Assembly (NCBI GenBank): GCA_965240325.2
Contig: OZ251223.1
Location: forward strand, 2,852,001 to 2,916,000
Direction: 5' to 3'
Length of the DNA stretch: 64,000 nucleotides
DNA from: Rebecca billardiae RCC1528
Taxonomy: Eukaryota; Protista; Haptophyta
Notes under the pieces: generated by a model
What the model was told of the DNA's origin: nothing
The model's input: only the letters and a program-made list of their open reading frames with translations
The model's database searches: none
Part shown: positions 9,261 through 20,688 of the stretch, piece after piece
Position numbering within the stretch: position 1 is the first letter of the stretch
Layout of the letters: each line of letters begins with the position of its first letter
Program-made: the position numbers and the translations under genes

Positions 9261-10343
9261 TTATTGACGATGATGCACAGCGCCGACAGCGCGCCCTCGG
9301 GCGCGCTGACGCACGCATTCGGTTGCGGCCCGGCCGCCACGACGGACGATTCCGTCGTCCGGCCAGATGGTGCTCGGATGAGCTTCGCTGGGCTGAGAGC
9401 GGGGTCTACGCCTCACCAGCGTGGCGGCAGAAGGGTCGCGCACGAAGAGAAAGTAGGACGTGCAGTCACGCGTGGGCACCGCGTGCTCTTGGCGGCACGG
9501 CGCTGTGAAAGTCTGCTTGTGCTTGTGTGTGAGCTTATGAGCCCTCTTAAACATCTGCTCCCAAGACGCCGGCTCCGTGAGCGCATCCTTCCAACCAAAG
9601 CGCGCGAACTCCTGCGCCCACCACCAGCGTGGCAGCTTGGACAAGTGCACGTCGACCAGGCTGCCTTTGCTCGTGCGGTACACGCTCGGTCCCTCGGCAA
9701 TGTTAATCCAGAGCACATGCTTGACAACCCGCGTGATCTCCTCGATCGCCCGGTGGATGTCGGGCGGCGAGATGTGCTCAAGGACGTCCGAGCTTACCGC
9801 GGCGTCGAAGTAGTCGTCGGGCCACGGGATGTCGAGTATGGAGCCAGCCTTCAGGCATGGCTGCTCTCGACATGTGTGAGATCTCCCGAGGGCGTGCGCG
9901 GTGCGGATCGACGCAGGAGAGACGTCCATGCCGTGCATGTCCGCGCCTTTAACGATGCGCGGGATCTGCTCAACGGCGAAGCCGACGCCACAACCAAGCG
10001 AGACGACGCGCGGTGTCGCAAGACCAAGCCCGCGGAAGCAGCTGACTGTCTCGTTGATGAGTGGCAAGAAGCGCAGCTCGTTCGCCGTGAAGTTGCTGGA
10101 GTGGTAGCTGCGAGTGTCCAAGTCGGCGTACAGGGAGGCGTAGTCGAAGGTACTCCTATATGGCGCGGCCTCGCCGTGACCTATGGCGAGCGACCACCTG
10201 ACGAGGAATGGCAGCAGCCTCCTCGACGAGCGCCTTCCCGGCGGCGCGCGCATGCAGGCAGTTGGGGAGAGGGCGCCCGCTGCGCGGCGCAGCCCGCGCG
10301 CGCCGACTCCACTGCCAAGGGTGGTCGTCGTCAGGACACTCAT
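9261..10343 (-). CDS. Class I SAM-dependent methyltransferase
   Basis: Motif I VVSLGCGVGF, post-I HGMDVS, motif II IPWPDDYFDAAVSSDVLEHI, then AIEEITRV; possible N-terminal targeting region. Confidence 0.85.
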   Translation of the reverse strand: MSVLTTTTLGSGVGARGLRRAAGALSPTACMRAPPGRRSSRRLLPFLVRWSLAIGHGEAAPYRSTFDYASLYADLDTRSYHSSNFTANELRFLPLINETVSCFRGLGLATPRVVSLGCGVGFAVEQIPRIVKGADMHGMDVSPASIRTAHALGRSHTCREQPCLKAGSILDIPWPDDYFDAAVSSDVLEHISPPDIHRAIEEITRVVKHVLWINIAEGPSVYRTSKGSLVDVHLSKLPRWWWAQEFARFGWKDALTEPASWEQMFKRAHKLTHKHKQTFTAPCRQEHAVPTRDCTSYFLFVRDPSAATLVRRRPRSQPSEAHPSTIWPDDGIVRRGGRAATECVRQRARGRAVGAVHHRQ

Positions 10344-11650
10344 TGAATCGACGAAAAACGGATGAAAAAGTGACGACGACGGCCGGAAAAAAAGCGGGCG
10401 GCGCGAGCGCGCGGCTGGCCGAGTGCTGGCTAGTTCAGACCCGCCGCTCCTTTTGGGAGGCCGCTCCGCGGGCCCGCGGAGCGGCTAGCGATATCCAGTG
10501 GAAAAGCGTTTCGGTCTTCCCGTGCGTGAAATCCGGATTCGCGGAGTTCAGACCGCGGACCTGATTTGCAGGCGGTTTGCCGTGTTCGCCGTCATGCTGG
10601 CAGGCATGCTGCCCGTGCCCATCGCGCCGCGCAGATCGCCGGTACCGCCCGCCCAGATTGTTGGCTGGTGGTGCAGCGCGGTGCGGCGTGGCACATGCTA
10701 TCTTTGGGTCTCATCCGACGGCGATAAGGGCCGCCCACCCCGCCCTGCTCCACTTGTACGTGCACACGGACACAAGGTAGAACGGGCCATGGAACAGTGT
10801 GACACGTGTGGCCAAAAAAGAGTGCGGGCCCCTCCGCGCTCGTACACGGGTAGCTACTCAGCGCACGGTACACACTGTCCCCCCCCATGCCAGCCACTCA
10901 AAAGTGTTGCCCGCGAAGGTTTTGCGAGGTGCCCGGCCACGCGTACGCGCGGTGCCCCACAGACCGCACTCTGGGACAGAAGCAGTGCGCGGCGAGCGCG
11001 AAGGGGGGGAGAGCACCGCTCACCAGGTGGAGGCGCCGGCGAAGAGGGATCCACGTCTATCCGACTCGCGCGAGAGCCGCGCGCGCGACCGCCGACGCGT
11101 CACAGCCGCGAGCGCGACGGCGCGTCGGCACAAGGGCGGGCGGCACGCCGAGGCCCTCGTGGCCGGATCTCCTTTCAGGCCCTTGCTGGACTTTCCCAGC
11201 CGCTCCGCACGGAGCAATTTATTGTTCGTGGGTACCACGAAACGGCTGGGTCTGAACCAGCCAGGGCCGAGTGGCCGCTGGCGGCGGCGGAAATGAAAAT
11301 GATGCTATCTGCTGATGAGCTGATCATCTGATCACATCTGATATTCATCATCATCATTATTATTACACGATTGGCGCTTCCGTTATCAACACCGTCGAGC
11401 CGCGGCACCGGGCCGTTCAAGGGGCAGGCGTCAGTGGCATTGGAGCTGCAGCGGATCGGTGAGCAGTGACGAACAACAGGATCAGCGTTCGTCGCAGTCG
11501 TCTGCGGGCAGACGGGCAGAGGCGACAGCGACGCGGGCCGGTGGCGGCGACGACGGCCATGTCGCAGGCAGTCATGATACCGGGCCGGTGCGGGTGGCGG
11601 CGACGGCGACAGCGGCGGCGCCCGTGCACGTGGCGACGGCAGCGGCGGTC

Positions 11651-12327
11651 TTAAACCACCAGAGCATGCAGCCCAGGGCCCGTGCCGTTGTAGAACTGCC
11701 CTTTCCATGGGACGTTTTTCGTATCGACGTAGACGCCGTTGCCGTGCATCTGGTTGTCGACCCAAGTGCCCTCATACACCCCGCCGTCGGGGAAGACGTA
11801 GCGTCCGTGGCCGCTGTAGCGGTTGTCGGCCCATTGGCCGGCATACTTGGCGCCCGAGGCGTATGTGAACTCACCTGCGCGACGGACGCTCGGCGTGCGG
11901 GTGAAGGCGGGCATGAGCCAGCTGAGGGTGCAGCGTGAGGCGCGTGGGCTCGCGGGTACTGATCGAAACGCACCGAATCCACTCATCGCATCCGCCACCC
12001 ACTCGCCGACGTACTTGTACCCGAGGACTGGATGGGAAAGCACGCCCCTGCCCTGGCGCACGACGATTCCAGCCTCGTTGCGCACCCACTTCCCCACGTA
12101 CACCGAGCCGTCGCTGAACCTGAACTCGCCCTCACCTTCCTGCGGCTCCGCTGCCGCAGGCGCTGTCTCTTCCGCCTCCTCCGGCGGGGGCTCGGCCTTC
12201 TTCGCTTTTGGCGCCTGCAAGCGCGCGCGCGCGCGCGCGTGGTGTGCGTGGTGTGCGCCGCGACACGGCTAAGGGCTAGACGGCACCGCGCAGGCACCGC
12301 GTAACGTTCGCGAACGGGACCCACCAT
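11651..12327 (-). CDS. MORN-repeat protein (MORN2-like); exons 12327-12325, 12214-11974, 11874-11651
   Basis: Repeats FSDGSVYVGKW, YKYVGEWVADAMSGFGEFTYASGAKYAGQW, YVFPDGGVYEGTWVDNQMHGNG. GT-AG introns at 12324-12215 and 11973-11875 give MAPKAKKAE... with continuous repeats. Confidence 0.88.
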
Positions 12328-12729
12328 CTTTACCGCGTCACAAAATACGAAAATTGACGCGACTTATTGTTTGCGGTGTCCGGGCGGGCTCGCGCGCGCC
12401 GGCCGACTATTGCTCGACGCCAGAACAGCTCGGATCATGCTTGATTCTTGAGCCACCCGGCATGAGTATCTGCACTATGTGTACCGACGCACCCTCATAC
12501 GGATCAGATGACGAATTCCGCTTGGGTGCCGCCTGACCTCCATAAATGATATCGCCGTCCCTGGGACAAGCGATCGGTGTCGTTCCGGGCGGAGACGTGC
12601 CCTTTTGTAGTCATCATCGTCAGTCTTTCCGGCAACCCGCGCATCTTTTCAATAGGCGGCCGGTCCGTCGATCTCAGGGCCGATCTCCGCGCGCTCGAGC
12701 ACGTATTCGTCGCGCATCCCACGGCCAAT

Positions 12730-14565
12730 ATGGAGCGCCAGACGCCGTCGACGCTTGTGCACAACTCGAAGCTCGACATCTATGACCACTCGAGCGTGGC
12801 GCGCAAGACGTCCATCATCTGCACGATTGGCCCCAAGACCAAGTCCGTGGAGATGATCACCAAGCTGCGCCAGGCTGGTCTGAACGTCGTGCGCATGAAC
12901 TTCTCGCACGGCTCGTACGAGTATCACGGGGAGGTGATTGACAACACCCGCGAGTCGGTGAAAAAGAACGCCCTGAACGGGCGGCCCGTCGCCATTGCAC
13001 TCGACACGAAGGGACCGGAGATCCGCACGGGCATGCTCAAGGGCGAGGGCGGCGTCGACACGGTGACGCTCGAGAAGGACTCCAAGGTGACCGTCACGAC
13101 CGACGACAAGTTCAAGGAGGTGCGCGCGCGAGCGACGCGCGGCGGGGGGTGGGGTGGGGGGGGAGGGCGAGGCCCCGTCGCGAGCCTTCGGCCGAATCGT
13201 CTGGGCGCGTGCGATCGGGACTCCCAGGGTCGACCGTGTTGCTTGCGCGCGCGCGCGCGGCCGGGCTGATGGCGCGCGCAGGCGTGCTCCAAGGAGGTCA
13301 TCTGGGTGGACTACAAGAACATCACCAAGGTGGTGCACGTGGGTAAGCAGATCTACGTCGACGACGGCCTCATCTCGCTCGAGGTCGAGTCGAAGACGGA
13401 GACCGAGCTCAAGTGCCGCGTGGTGAACTCGGGCGCGCTCGGCTCGAAGAAGGGCTGCAACCTGCCCGAGGTCGACGTCGACCTGCCCGCGCTCTCGGAG
13501 AAGGACAAGGCGGACCTGGCGTTCGGCGTGGAGAAGGGCGTCGACATGATCTTCGCCTCGTTCATCCGCAAGGCCGCCGACGTGCGCGCCGTGCGCCAGG
13601 TGCTCGGCGAGGCGGGCAAGCACATCAAGATCATCTCGAAGATCGAGAACCACGAGGGCATGCGCAACTTTGACGAGATCCTCAAGGAGACGGACGGCGT
13701 GATGGTCGCGCGCGGCGACCTGGGCATCGAGATCCCGGCGTACAAGGTGTTCATCGCGCAGAAGATGATGATCGCCAAGTGCAACCTCGCGGGCAAGTCG
13801 ATCATCTGCGCGACGCAGATGCTCGAGTCGATGACCTTCAACCCGCGCCCGACGCGCGCCGAGGTGAGCGACGTGGCCAACGCCGTGCTCGACGGCGCGG
13901 ACTGCGTGATGCTCTCGGGCGAGACCGCGAAGGGCAACTACCCGATCCAGGCCGTCGAGATGATGGCCGCCGTGTGCCGCGAGGCCGAGCACGCCTTCTC
14001 GCCCTCCGCGTACCTCGCCGACATCCTCAAGACCTTGCCCGAGATCGTCGACACCAACGAGACCACCGCCATCTCCGCGGTGACTGCGGCGAACAACCAC
14101 GGCTGCAAGCTGATCATCACGCTGTCGGGCACGGGCGAGTCGGGCCGGCTCATCTCCAAGTACCGCCCGGCGTGCGACGTGATGGTCGTGACGCGCGCAC
14201 TGTGGGTCGCGCAGCAGGCGCACCTTTACCGCGGCTGCCTGCCGTACCAGTACACGGCCGAGCGCATCCAGCCGTGGGAGGCGGACGTGAACGCCCGCTT
14301 CAAGTGGGCCATCATCGAGGCGAAGAAGGTGCGCGCGCGGCCCGCGCTGCGCCACGCCCCGGCGAGCGTGCCGCGCCGCTGCGCCTGCTCACCACACGCC
14401 GCCCGCCCCGCCGACGCCCGCCGCGCCGCGCAGGCACGCATGATCAAGCCGGGCGACTCGGTGGTGGCGGTGCACGGCTGGAAGGCTGGCGGCCACTTCA
14501 CCAACACGATGCGCGTGATGGAGGTGCCCGAGGACTCGTCGCCCAACACGCCGCTCCTCGGCTAG
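12730..14565 (+). CDS. PK: Pyruvate kinase; exons 12730-13119, 13282-14328, 14434-14565
   Basis: [97 protein letters not shown] introns at 13120-13281 and 14329-14433. Confidence 0.97.
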
Positions 14566-15015
14566 GCAGAGCGCACGGCTGTGGCCGCGCTCACACTCAA
14601 CGGTCGCATTGACGCCTTGCCACGCCGCTGACGGGCCGCCCGCCGACCGCTCGAGCCATGCGGGGGCGGGCCCGGTGACAACGCGCGCACGCATGCCCGT
14701 GACTGCGCTTCACATCCTCCTCGACCTCATCGGGCTCCGGGGTCGCCAGTCGCGGGCCCACTGTCCCGCGAAGCCGCTGGCGTGCCGCGTGTCGGCGCGG
14801 TCGATCGGACGGCAACTGGATGAACTTCCAAATTCGTGGCCACGGCCGGCGCACTCATCAGAATCGCTCATGAGTCATGTCTCATCCCGACTCAGCTGCA
14901 GGCTGACGCATCAGTATTCGCCAACGTCGGCGCGGTGTAATTGTATCATTAGTATAGCTATTAATATATATATATACTATTAATAGTTATTAATACATGC
15001 ATATTGCTGATATAT

Positions 15016-15352
15016 TGCATACGACGACTACTGCTTCGAGACGACGGCTGACGACGCGTGGCACCGCGACCACCGCGGTGGCGCGCGCGCGTCGACGCCA
15101 GACGGTGCGTCGAGCAACGCTTCCGCGCTCGGCGATGCGGTCGGGAGACGGGATGCGGTCTGCGGAGTGATTGATGATTGATGAATGATGGGCGACTACG
15201 AGTACGACGGGGGGGGGACGACGGCGAGGAGCGCTGATCCTGGTGTTTGTCTCTGCTGCTCGTCGATCTGCTGCTACAGCTTGCTGACTCTGACGCCTGC
15301 CCGTTGCAAACTTGCATACCTGTCAGCAAGTACCAGTAGTACCTCGTCGTTA
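15016..15352 (+). mobile_element. Short 3'-end copy of the RLE non-LTR element at 54598-55176 (opposite orientation), embedded in an AT/TA-rich tract
   Basis: Aligns to the reverse complement of ~54598-54854 (TGCATACGACGACTAC...GATCCTGGTGTTTGTCTCTGCTGCTCG...TGACGCCTGCCCGTTGCA) with many small insertions. Confidence 0.8.
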
Positions 15353-15789
15353 TTATTTATAATATAATATATATATATATATATATAATGACACCGAATT
15401 ATAAAAATATAAGAATAATAAGACTATGGCAATATGATGGCGGTTAGTACGTATAACGTAATACTAATACCGTCAGTGCGTCACCGTGACGGTCACGTGA
15501 TCCATCACCGTCGCACCTGCACTCTTACTCTTAGCAGCGCTCGTCGCGAGACTCAGTCAGTAGCACTGTGACGGCGGAGAACTCACGGCACAACACTGAC
15601 AGTGCCGCTGGGAGCCTCGAGTGTCGAGCTTGGCTCGACGCTCGACAAAACGGAAAACCATGAACCGAGCTCAAAGGCCGTCTTGCGAGAGGCGCGGCAG
15701 AGGAGGCGCGCGATGTGACAGTGGCGCGGCCACGCGCGGCATGCGCACGCGCGCCAGCTGGGCGCTCGTGCGTGCGGCGCGCGGCCCGC

Positions 15790-18045
15790 TCACGCCACCT
15801 CTCGTGCGCGCTTGCGCGTGTTCTGCGCGGGCGGCGACACCGTGCTCGTGGCCGCCAGCAGGTCGCTGCGGCCAGACGTGGCGATCTCGCGCGTGATCTG
15901 CACGAGCAGGTGGGGCGAGGCCTCCAGCTCGTCCCACATGGTCGAGCCGACAACCGCTTGGTAGTTGTGCATGATGAACGAGAGGCACTGCGACTTGAGC
16001 TCGGAGCCGGGGCAGTCGAAGCGGTCGGCCGCCTGGATGATGCGGCAGACCGTCTCCACCGTGATCGAGCGGCGCAGCGCAAAGCCGCACGTGAGCTTGA
16101 GCCCAGGCAGCATGTACTGGTCGGCGAGCGCGAGCAGCTCGATCGCCATGTCTGGATCGACGTCGATCGCGCCGCCGTACAGGTGCTCGAGCATCTTGCG
16201 GAAGACGGCCGGGCGCACCTCGCGCACGCGCACCTCGCGCTTGGCGACGCCCGCGCTGCCGTCGCTGCCGCCGCCGTCGCTGTCGCTCGAGCGCGCGCGG
16301 CCCGAGCGCTGCTGCCCCTCGGCCATCGGCGAGGTGAGCATGGCGCGCAGCGTCTCGCAGCGCGCGTTGAGGATGTTGGAGTGCGCGTGGATGCGCTCCT
16401 CGCCCACGACGAACGTCACGTCCGCCGACGCCTCGTCGTCGAGCAGGGACGAGATCTGCGAGAGCGCCTCGGTGTTGAGCACGAGCCGCTGCGCCACCTC
16501 GCGGCCGGGCGTGGGCGTGAACGGCCCCCAGCGCACGAACGCGCCGCTCGCGCCCTCGTGGTCGCCGCCGCCCGAGGTGCGCGGTCCGCGCGAGTCGCGG
16601 TCGGACTCGACCACCGCCTGCAGCCACAGCTCCTCCTCGCGCATGATCGGCCCGCACCACGCGCTCAGCCGGCCGTCGTGCATGCTCAGCCGGTTGGGCG
16701 GCAGCTCCTCCTCCGAGATGAAGCGGAACGAGTCAAACCACGTCGTGCACCGGTCGCGGTTGCCGAGCGCGCACGCGCCGATGTAGCTCGAGGACGTGCG
16801 GCGGAACGGGATCGCGCACTCCTCCAGCTTGCAGTTCACGTAGAAGTCCACCTGCGCACGAGCGCGCGCGGCGCGGCGCGGCAGGCGCGCGCGCGCGTGC
16901 GCGCGAGAGGCTGGTGAGTGCTGGCGCGGCGCAGCGCGGCGCGTGCGGCCGGCCCGTCCGGCCGCACGCGCGCGCGCGCGAGGCAGGAGAGGGCATCGGC
17001 GCTCCATCGGCGTCACAGGCTATCGATCAGCGAGTAATCAGGTGGTTGATCCTTGTGAGTGAACTCGTCCCCTGGAGCCGCGCACGGCCTCCCTCTGCCT
17101 CCCGCCCGGTGCGGTTGCGCCGCACCGCGTGTGCGCCGGCGCCGCGCGCGCGCGCAGGGGCCGGTGGGCGCGCGCACCTCCTTGCGCTCCCAGTGGAAGG
17201 TGAGGTCGATGCGGTACCACGTGAACGGCTCGTACGGCACCGCGCCGTACGAGGCGCCGCCGGAGCCGAGGAGGCCCATGTTGCCGTCCTTTGTGAACTG
17301 GAACTGCGCCACGCGCCGGTTCACCTCGTTCGACTCGCCGAGAATGAAGTGGCCCGCGTCTGCCGCGCCGCGGCGCGCGCCGGCGGGTCGAGGCACGCGC
17401 GGCGGGCGTGGGCGGGCAGCGCGCGTCAGTCGGCGTTGGGCGCGAGCGCGCGCGCGCGCGCGCCGCGCGGGCGCGCGGCGCGGAGGCGCACCCGAATCAG
17501 GCGAGTCCGTGCGCACGTAGAACGTCACGCGCGCGGGCTGGAAGCGCTCGAGCTCGTTGGTCGGCCCCAGCTCCGTGTCGTCTTCAAACGCAGACGAGTT
17601 CTCGCGCATCACCGTCATCACCATGCCGAAGTTTGAGTCGTTCCCGCCCTTGAGGAACATCGAGGGGTTGCCCGTCGCGCTCACGTCCACGTCGAAGCCG
17701 TACTCGTAGTGCGTCTCGCACGTCACTTTCCTGCGCACGCGCGAGCGCCGCGTGGCGCGGCGGCCCAACCGCCTGTCAGCGCGGCCCGCACTGCGCGGGG
17801 CGCGGCGCGGGCGGCACGGCGCACCATTTGCCCAGCTGGCAGTCGGCGAAGTTCTCGTCGAGCGCGACGACGGAACGGATCGCGCGCACGCTAATGCCCA
17901 CGTTCAGGGGCGTGGGCTCGTCGTCCTCGGCGTCCGCGTCCGCTGTGTGAGCCGTGAGCTCGATTGGGTACGGGAGGTTGGCGCAGATCGCCGCGGGCAT
18001 CGCGCCCCACTTTAGGCGCACGGAGGTATTGTGGTACAGCGACAT
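15790..18045 (-). CDS. BTB/POZ-domain protein with C-terminal BACK-like region; exons 18045-17825, 17730-17492, 17359-17178, 16851-15790
   Basis: ADVTFVVGEERIHAHSNILNARCETLRAML...VRPAVFRKMLEHLYGG...LLALADQYMLPGLKLTC. Three GT-AG introns join the frames consistently from MSLYHNTS. Confidence 0.87.
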
Positions 18046-18381
18046 CGTGCGAAGCGCGACCGCGCGTGCGCCCGCCGCGTGCCCGATGCGCCGAGCCTGG
18101 CAGCCGGATGCCTTGTCCGCCGGGTGGTGCCAAGCGCCCACTACTGGACGCGCCGCGGGCACCAAGGCAAAGGCTGCCAAGTCAAAGCGCTCGCCACTGC
18201 TCACCACCAAGCCGCTCGCGCATCCGGTGCGCGGCGTCGTCGCTCCCGGACCAACCGCTGATGGCGAGTCCGGGGCATCACGCCGCCTCGAAAAGCGAAA
18301 TGGCGGCCGCGCACACCGGATCCGCCACCGTTGCTCCTTGCTGTGTGAACTGCTGGGCAAGCAGGCTGGGCGTTCGACGTT

Positions 18382-20654
18382 ATGACGACGCCGGGCCCCG
18401 GCGTCGTCGCGAAGCGCGCGGAGCGCAACCTCTCGCTCGAGAAGCCCGATGCGCACATCTTTGAGCTCCCCTCCGCATTCCGCGAGCACGCGCCGCTCAC
18501 GCCGCCGCGCCGCCCGCTGTCGCGCGACGGCGGGAGCGGCGGCTACGGCCGGCGGCCGCCGCGCACGGCGCCGCCGCCCTCCGCGCTCGGGCGCGACCCG
18601 GCGCTCGCGCCGGACGCGATGAGCGGCATGCTCGCGTTCCCGCGGCCCCGGATCCTCCGCTCCGACTTCACCCCCGTCGCCACCGCCGACGACCAGCTCC
18701 TCGTGCCGCAGGACCCGATCCGTCAGCAGCAGGGCAGCGGCTCGGCGGCCGGCGGCGCGGCGAGCGATGAGGAGCCGAGCGACCTCGAGCGGCGCGTGCG
18801 CGAGGCGCGCGAGGCGGGCGCAGCCGCTGCGACGGCGGACGTGTACGCCGCCGCGCCCGGCATGTGCGCCGCCGTCGCCAACGCCGCGGTCTCCACGGCG
18901 CGCGCGGCCGCGGCACATGCGGCGGGCGCGCCGTTGGCCGATGGCACGCCGCGCGCGCTCGGCTCGAGGGCGCGGCGGAGCATGTCGAGCGTGGCGCTGC
19001 CCGGGCAGCGCGGCGACGACTCGTCCCCCTGGTTCACCGAGCTCGTCGCGCGCCAGCGCCGCGCCGACATGCGCGCGCTCACGCCGCAGCCCCTCGCGCC
19101 GCCCTCTCAGCTCGTGCACGGAATGCAAGCGCCGGTGCGCCGCCCGCGGCTGGGCGAGCCGCCCGGCGCGCCGCCGCCGCTGCTGCCGCCGCCGCGCCGG
19201 CCGAGCACCGCCGCCGCGGACGGCGCGCCGCCGCCGCGCTCGGCCGCCGCCGCGTCGCGCTCGATCGCCGCGGTCACCGGCTCGGGCGACGGCCCGTCCC
19301 GCGACGCGCTCGGCCTGCTCGCGCACAAGCGCGCGGTGCCGGCGAGCGCGCTCTTCAAGCCGTGGCCCGAGCGCGTGTACGTGTTCCCCAACGTGGGCAC
19401 CTCGACCACCGACTCGCCCGACGCGGGCGGCGGCTACCTCCCCCACCTGCCCGCGGGCGCGGGCGCGAGCGCGCCCTCGACGGTCGCCGTGGCCGCGCGC
19501 GCGCGCGCGGGCGCGGGCTCGGCGGCGGGCGCGGGCGCCGACGGCGCGTCGGCCGGCGGCGCGGCGTGCGCCGACGCGGGCGGCGTGGGCGGCTTCCCGG
19601 ACTCGGCCGGCCTGCACTGGGGCGAGACGTTCGCCGTGGTCGGCCCGCGCGGCGTCGTCTGCGGCTCGTCCATCCCGCGCTCGGCGAGTGCGGGCGCGGA
19701 CGGCGGGGTCGCCGCGCGCGACGACGTTCGCGAGGTCGCGCGGCTGGGCGCGGCCGCGGGGCGCGGCGCGCCGTCGGGCGGCTTCTGCGCGCACAGCGCG
19801 ACGTTCTACACGCTGGGCGAGTGGGTCGACCGGCTCGACTCGTCGAACGCCGTCTCGCGCCTCGCGGACCCGCGCATGCACCTGATGCGCCAGGTCGTCC
19901 TCGGCTGGCGGCAGTACGTGCGCAAGTGCCGGTTCGAGCACCTGCGCGACGGCTTTGAGGCGCACGCGCTGCTGCTCACGCTCGGCTGCGTGCGCGAGGC
20001 GGTGCTCGCCGCGCGGCAGGCGGCGCTCGGGATCGTCGAGGACGCGACGGAGGGGCGGATCTCGCTGCTGCCCACCGCGCAGAGCGTCGCGGCCGCCGCC
20101 GCCACCACCACCTACCCCGGCGCCGAGCGCATCGTCCGGCTCGAGCTCACGGCGCCCGCGCAGCCGGCGCTCGCGGCCGAGGGCGGCGGCGGCGGCGCGG
20201 CGGCGCCGCCGCCGCCGCGCTCGATCGGCGGCGGCGGCGGGCACTGCCCCGTCGACGCGCTGCAGACGGTCGCCGCGGCGCACGCGCGCTCGCTCGCCGA
20301 GGCGGTGCGCGCGCGCGTCGACCAGTCCGCCTCCGCCTTCGAGCTCGCCTTCGTGCGCGCGCACCTCGACGCCAAGGCGCCGGCCGTGGAGGGCGACGGC
20401 CTGACGGTGCAGCCGGGCGAGGCGGGCTCGGTGGAGCACCTGCACGAGTGGCGGCGCACGGTGATGCAGCGGCTCGCGCGGCTGATCGACAGGATGCTCG
20501 GCGTGGCCGTCGTCGAGGCGACCGCCGTGCTGCTGCGCGAGACCGCCGCCGAGCTGCGCGCCGCCGTGCCGCCCGAGCACGCACTGGACGAGCTGCTCGC
20601 GCCCGCCGCGCGCGCGCTCGCCGCGGGCAAGGCGCCCGCGCCCGCCTCGCGCGC

Positions 20655-20688
<34 letters not shown>

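Noticed and set aside
10498-11331. 277-aa ORF as a gene
   Set aside because: Non-ATG start, no motif and no host-like codon pattern; unsupported.
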